Position numbers and translations under genes: made by a program. From a virus (taxonomy: Duplodnaviria; Caudoviricetes): DNA of 64,000 nucleotides. Shown here piece after piece: positions 62,907-64,000 of the stretch. Under the pieces are notes generated by a model. It was not told the origin of the DNA, searched no databases, and worked only from the letters and a program-made list of their open reading frames with translations. The DNA is taken from positions 12,589 through 76,588 of IMG/VR virus record IMGVR_UViG_3300044878_000205, one strand, 5' to 3'. Position 1 is the first letter of the stretch. Each line of letters begins with the position of its first letter.

Positions 62907-64000
62907 TGCTGCGAAGTCTTTTAGGGCGCAAGAGCGATCCGCTGGTGATCGACACGTCGGAAAAACTGGCCCAGGCGTTAGGGGCCGGCTACGAGACCGC
63001 CTCCGGCCAGCGGGTGACCACCGCGAGTGCCCTGCAGCAGACGGTGGTGTTCAACTGCGTGCGGGTGTTGGCCGAGTCGGTGGGCATGCTGCCGTGCCGG
63101 CTGTTCAAACAGAACGGGCGCAACCTGCTACCGGCCACCGATCACCGGCTGCATGCGCTGCTGACCATCGCGCCAAATAGTTACATGACCGCCCAGGAGT
63201 TTTGGGAGCTGCTGGTGGCCTGCCTGTGCCTGCGCGGCAACTTCTTTGCCTACAAGGTCATGGCCCTGGGCAACGTGGCCGAACTGCTGCCACTCAATCC
63301 GGGGATTGTCACGCCCAAGCTCAAAGACGATTGGACGGTCGAGTACAAAGTCGACTTTGCCGACGGCCCTCGCACGCTGACCCAGGATGAAATCTGGCAT
63401 GTGCGGCTGTTCACCCTCGACGGCCTGAATGGCCTCAATCCGATTGCCTATGCGCGCCAAGCGCTGGGCCTGGGCCAGGCGATGGAGGCGCATGCGTCCA
63501 AGTTGTTCACCAACGGTGCGGTGACCTCCGGCGTGCTATCCACCGAGCAGGCCTTGAGCGACGACGCCTTCGCCCGGCTGAAGACGCAGTTCCAGGGCGA
63601 GCACATGGGCGTGGCCAACGCCTATAAGCCGATGATCCTGGAGATGGGCCTGGACTGGAAACCGATCAGCCTCAACGCCCAGGACACTCAGTTCATCGAA
63701 TCGCGGCGGATGACCGAGGCGCAGATCTGCGGCCTGTTCCGCGTGCCACCGCACCTGGTGGCGAACCTGGAAAAGATGACGCTGAGCAACGTCGAAAACA
63801 TGGGCATGAGTTTCGTCAACTACAGCCTGGTGCCGTACCTGACGCGCATCGAGCACCGGATTCAGGTCGGCCTGCTCAAGCCGTCTGAGCGAATTAGCTA
63901 TTTCGCGAAGTTCAACGCCGGCGCGCTGATGCGTGGCGACCTCAAGGGCCGCTACGAATCCTACGGCAAGGGCATTCAGTGGGGGATTTTGAGCCCCAAC
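62906..64000 (+). CDS. HK97-family portal protein, 3' truncated by window edge
   Basis: Homolog of 24489-25712; absent from ORF track because no stop lies in the window. Confidence 0.92.
   Translation, partial: MLRSLLGRKSDPLVIDTSEKLAQALGAGYETASGQRVTTASALQQTVVFNCVRVLAESVGMLPCRLFKQNGRNLLPATDHRLHALLTIAPNSYMTAQEFWELLVACLCLRGNFFAYKVMALGNVAELLPLNPGIVTPKLKDDWTVEYKVDFADGPRTLTQDEIWHVRLFTLDGLNGLNPIAYARQALGLGQAMEAHASKLFTNGAVTSGVLSTEQALSDDAFARLKTQFQGEHMGVANAYKPMILEMGLDWKPISLNAQDTQFIESRRMTEAQICGLFRVPPHLVANLEKMTLSNVENMGMSFVNYSLVPYLTRIEHRIQVGLLKPSERISYFAKFNAGALMRGDLKGRYESYGKGIQWGILSPN

Larger units (their letters stand above)
45078..64000 (+). mobile_element. Unit 3 (partial): replicon, early region, packaging genes and portal of a third related element
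   Basis: Gene-for-gene homolog of 6458-~25600 with unit-specific small genes. Confidence 0.9.

Noticed and set aside
1-64000. Simple assembly duplication of one prophage
   Set aside because: Copies differ throughout and carry non-homologous modules. A chimeric join of separate elements remains possible and is flagged in the findings.

Overview
The whole window is phage DNA from a GC-rich host (Pseudomonas-like by gene content; inference). It holds three related but clearly non-identical elements of about 38.2-38.7 kb joined head-to-tail, with no recognisable host gene between them. Unit 1 is only the tail/lysis end (1-~6457), unit 2 is complete (~6458-45077) and unit 3 runs from the replicon to the portal (45078->64000). 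The cut points are arbitrary because no att site was found. The complete unit has an HK97-type head, a Mu-like contractile tail (SfV-like layout), a CI/Cro/Q-like switch, a tyrosine recombinase and two DNA methyltransferases. Units 2 and 3 also carry a full plasmid maintenance kit. This comprises an IncFII-like RepA with an unannotated ATGA-coupled leader peptide and a CopA-like antisense RNA, a type Ib ParA plus ribbon-helix-helix pair with dispersed 8-bp centromere-like repeats, and a 28-bp XerC/XerD dif-like site. They therefore look like phage-plasmids stacked in tandem. The units differ in the antisense-RNA loop, in a tailspike + acyltransferase module, and in an array of small unrelated ORFs that share an identical leader and end at the dif-like site. 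The repressor DNA-binding domain is identical between units 2 and 3. All product calls come from motif recognition by eye, not database searches.
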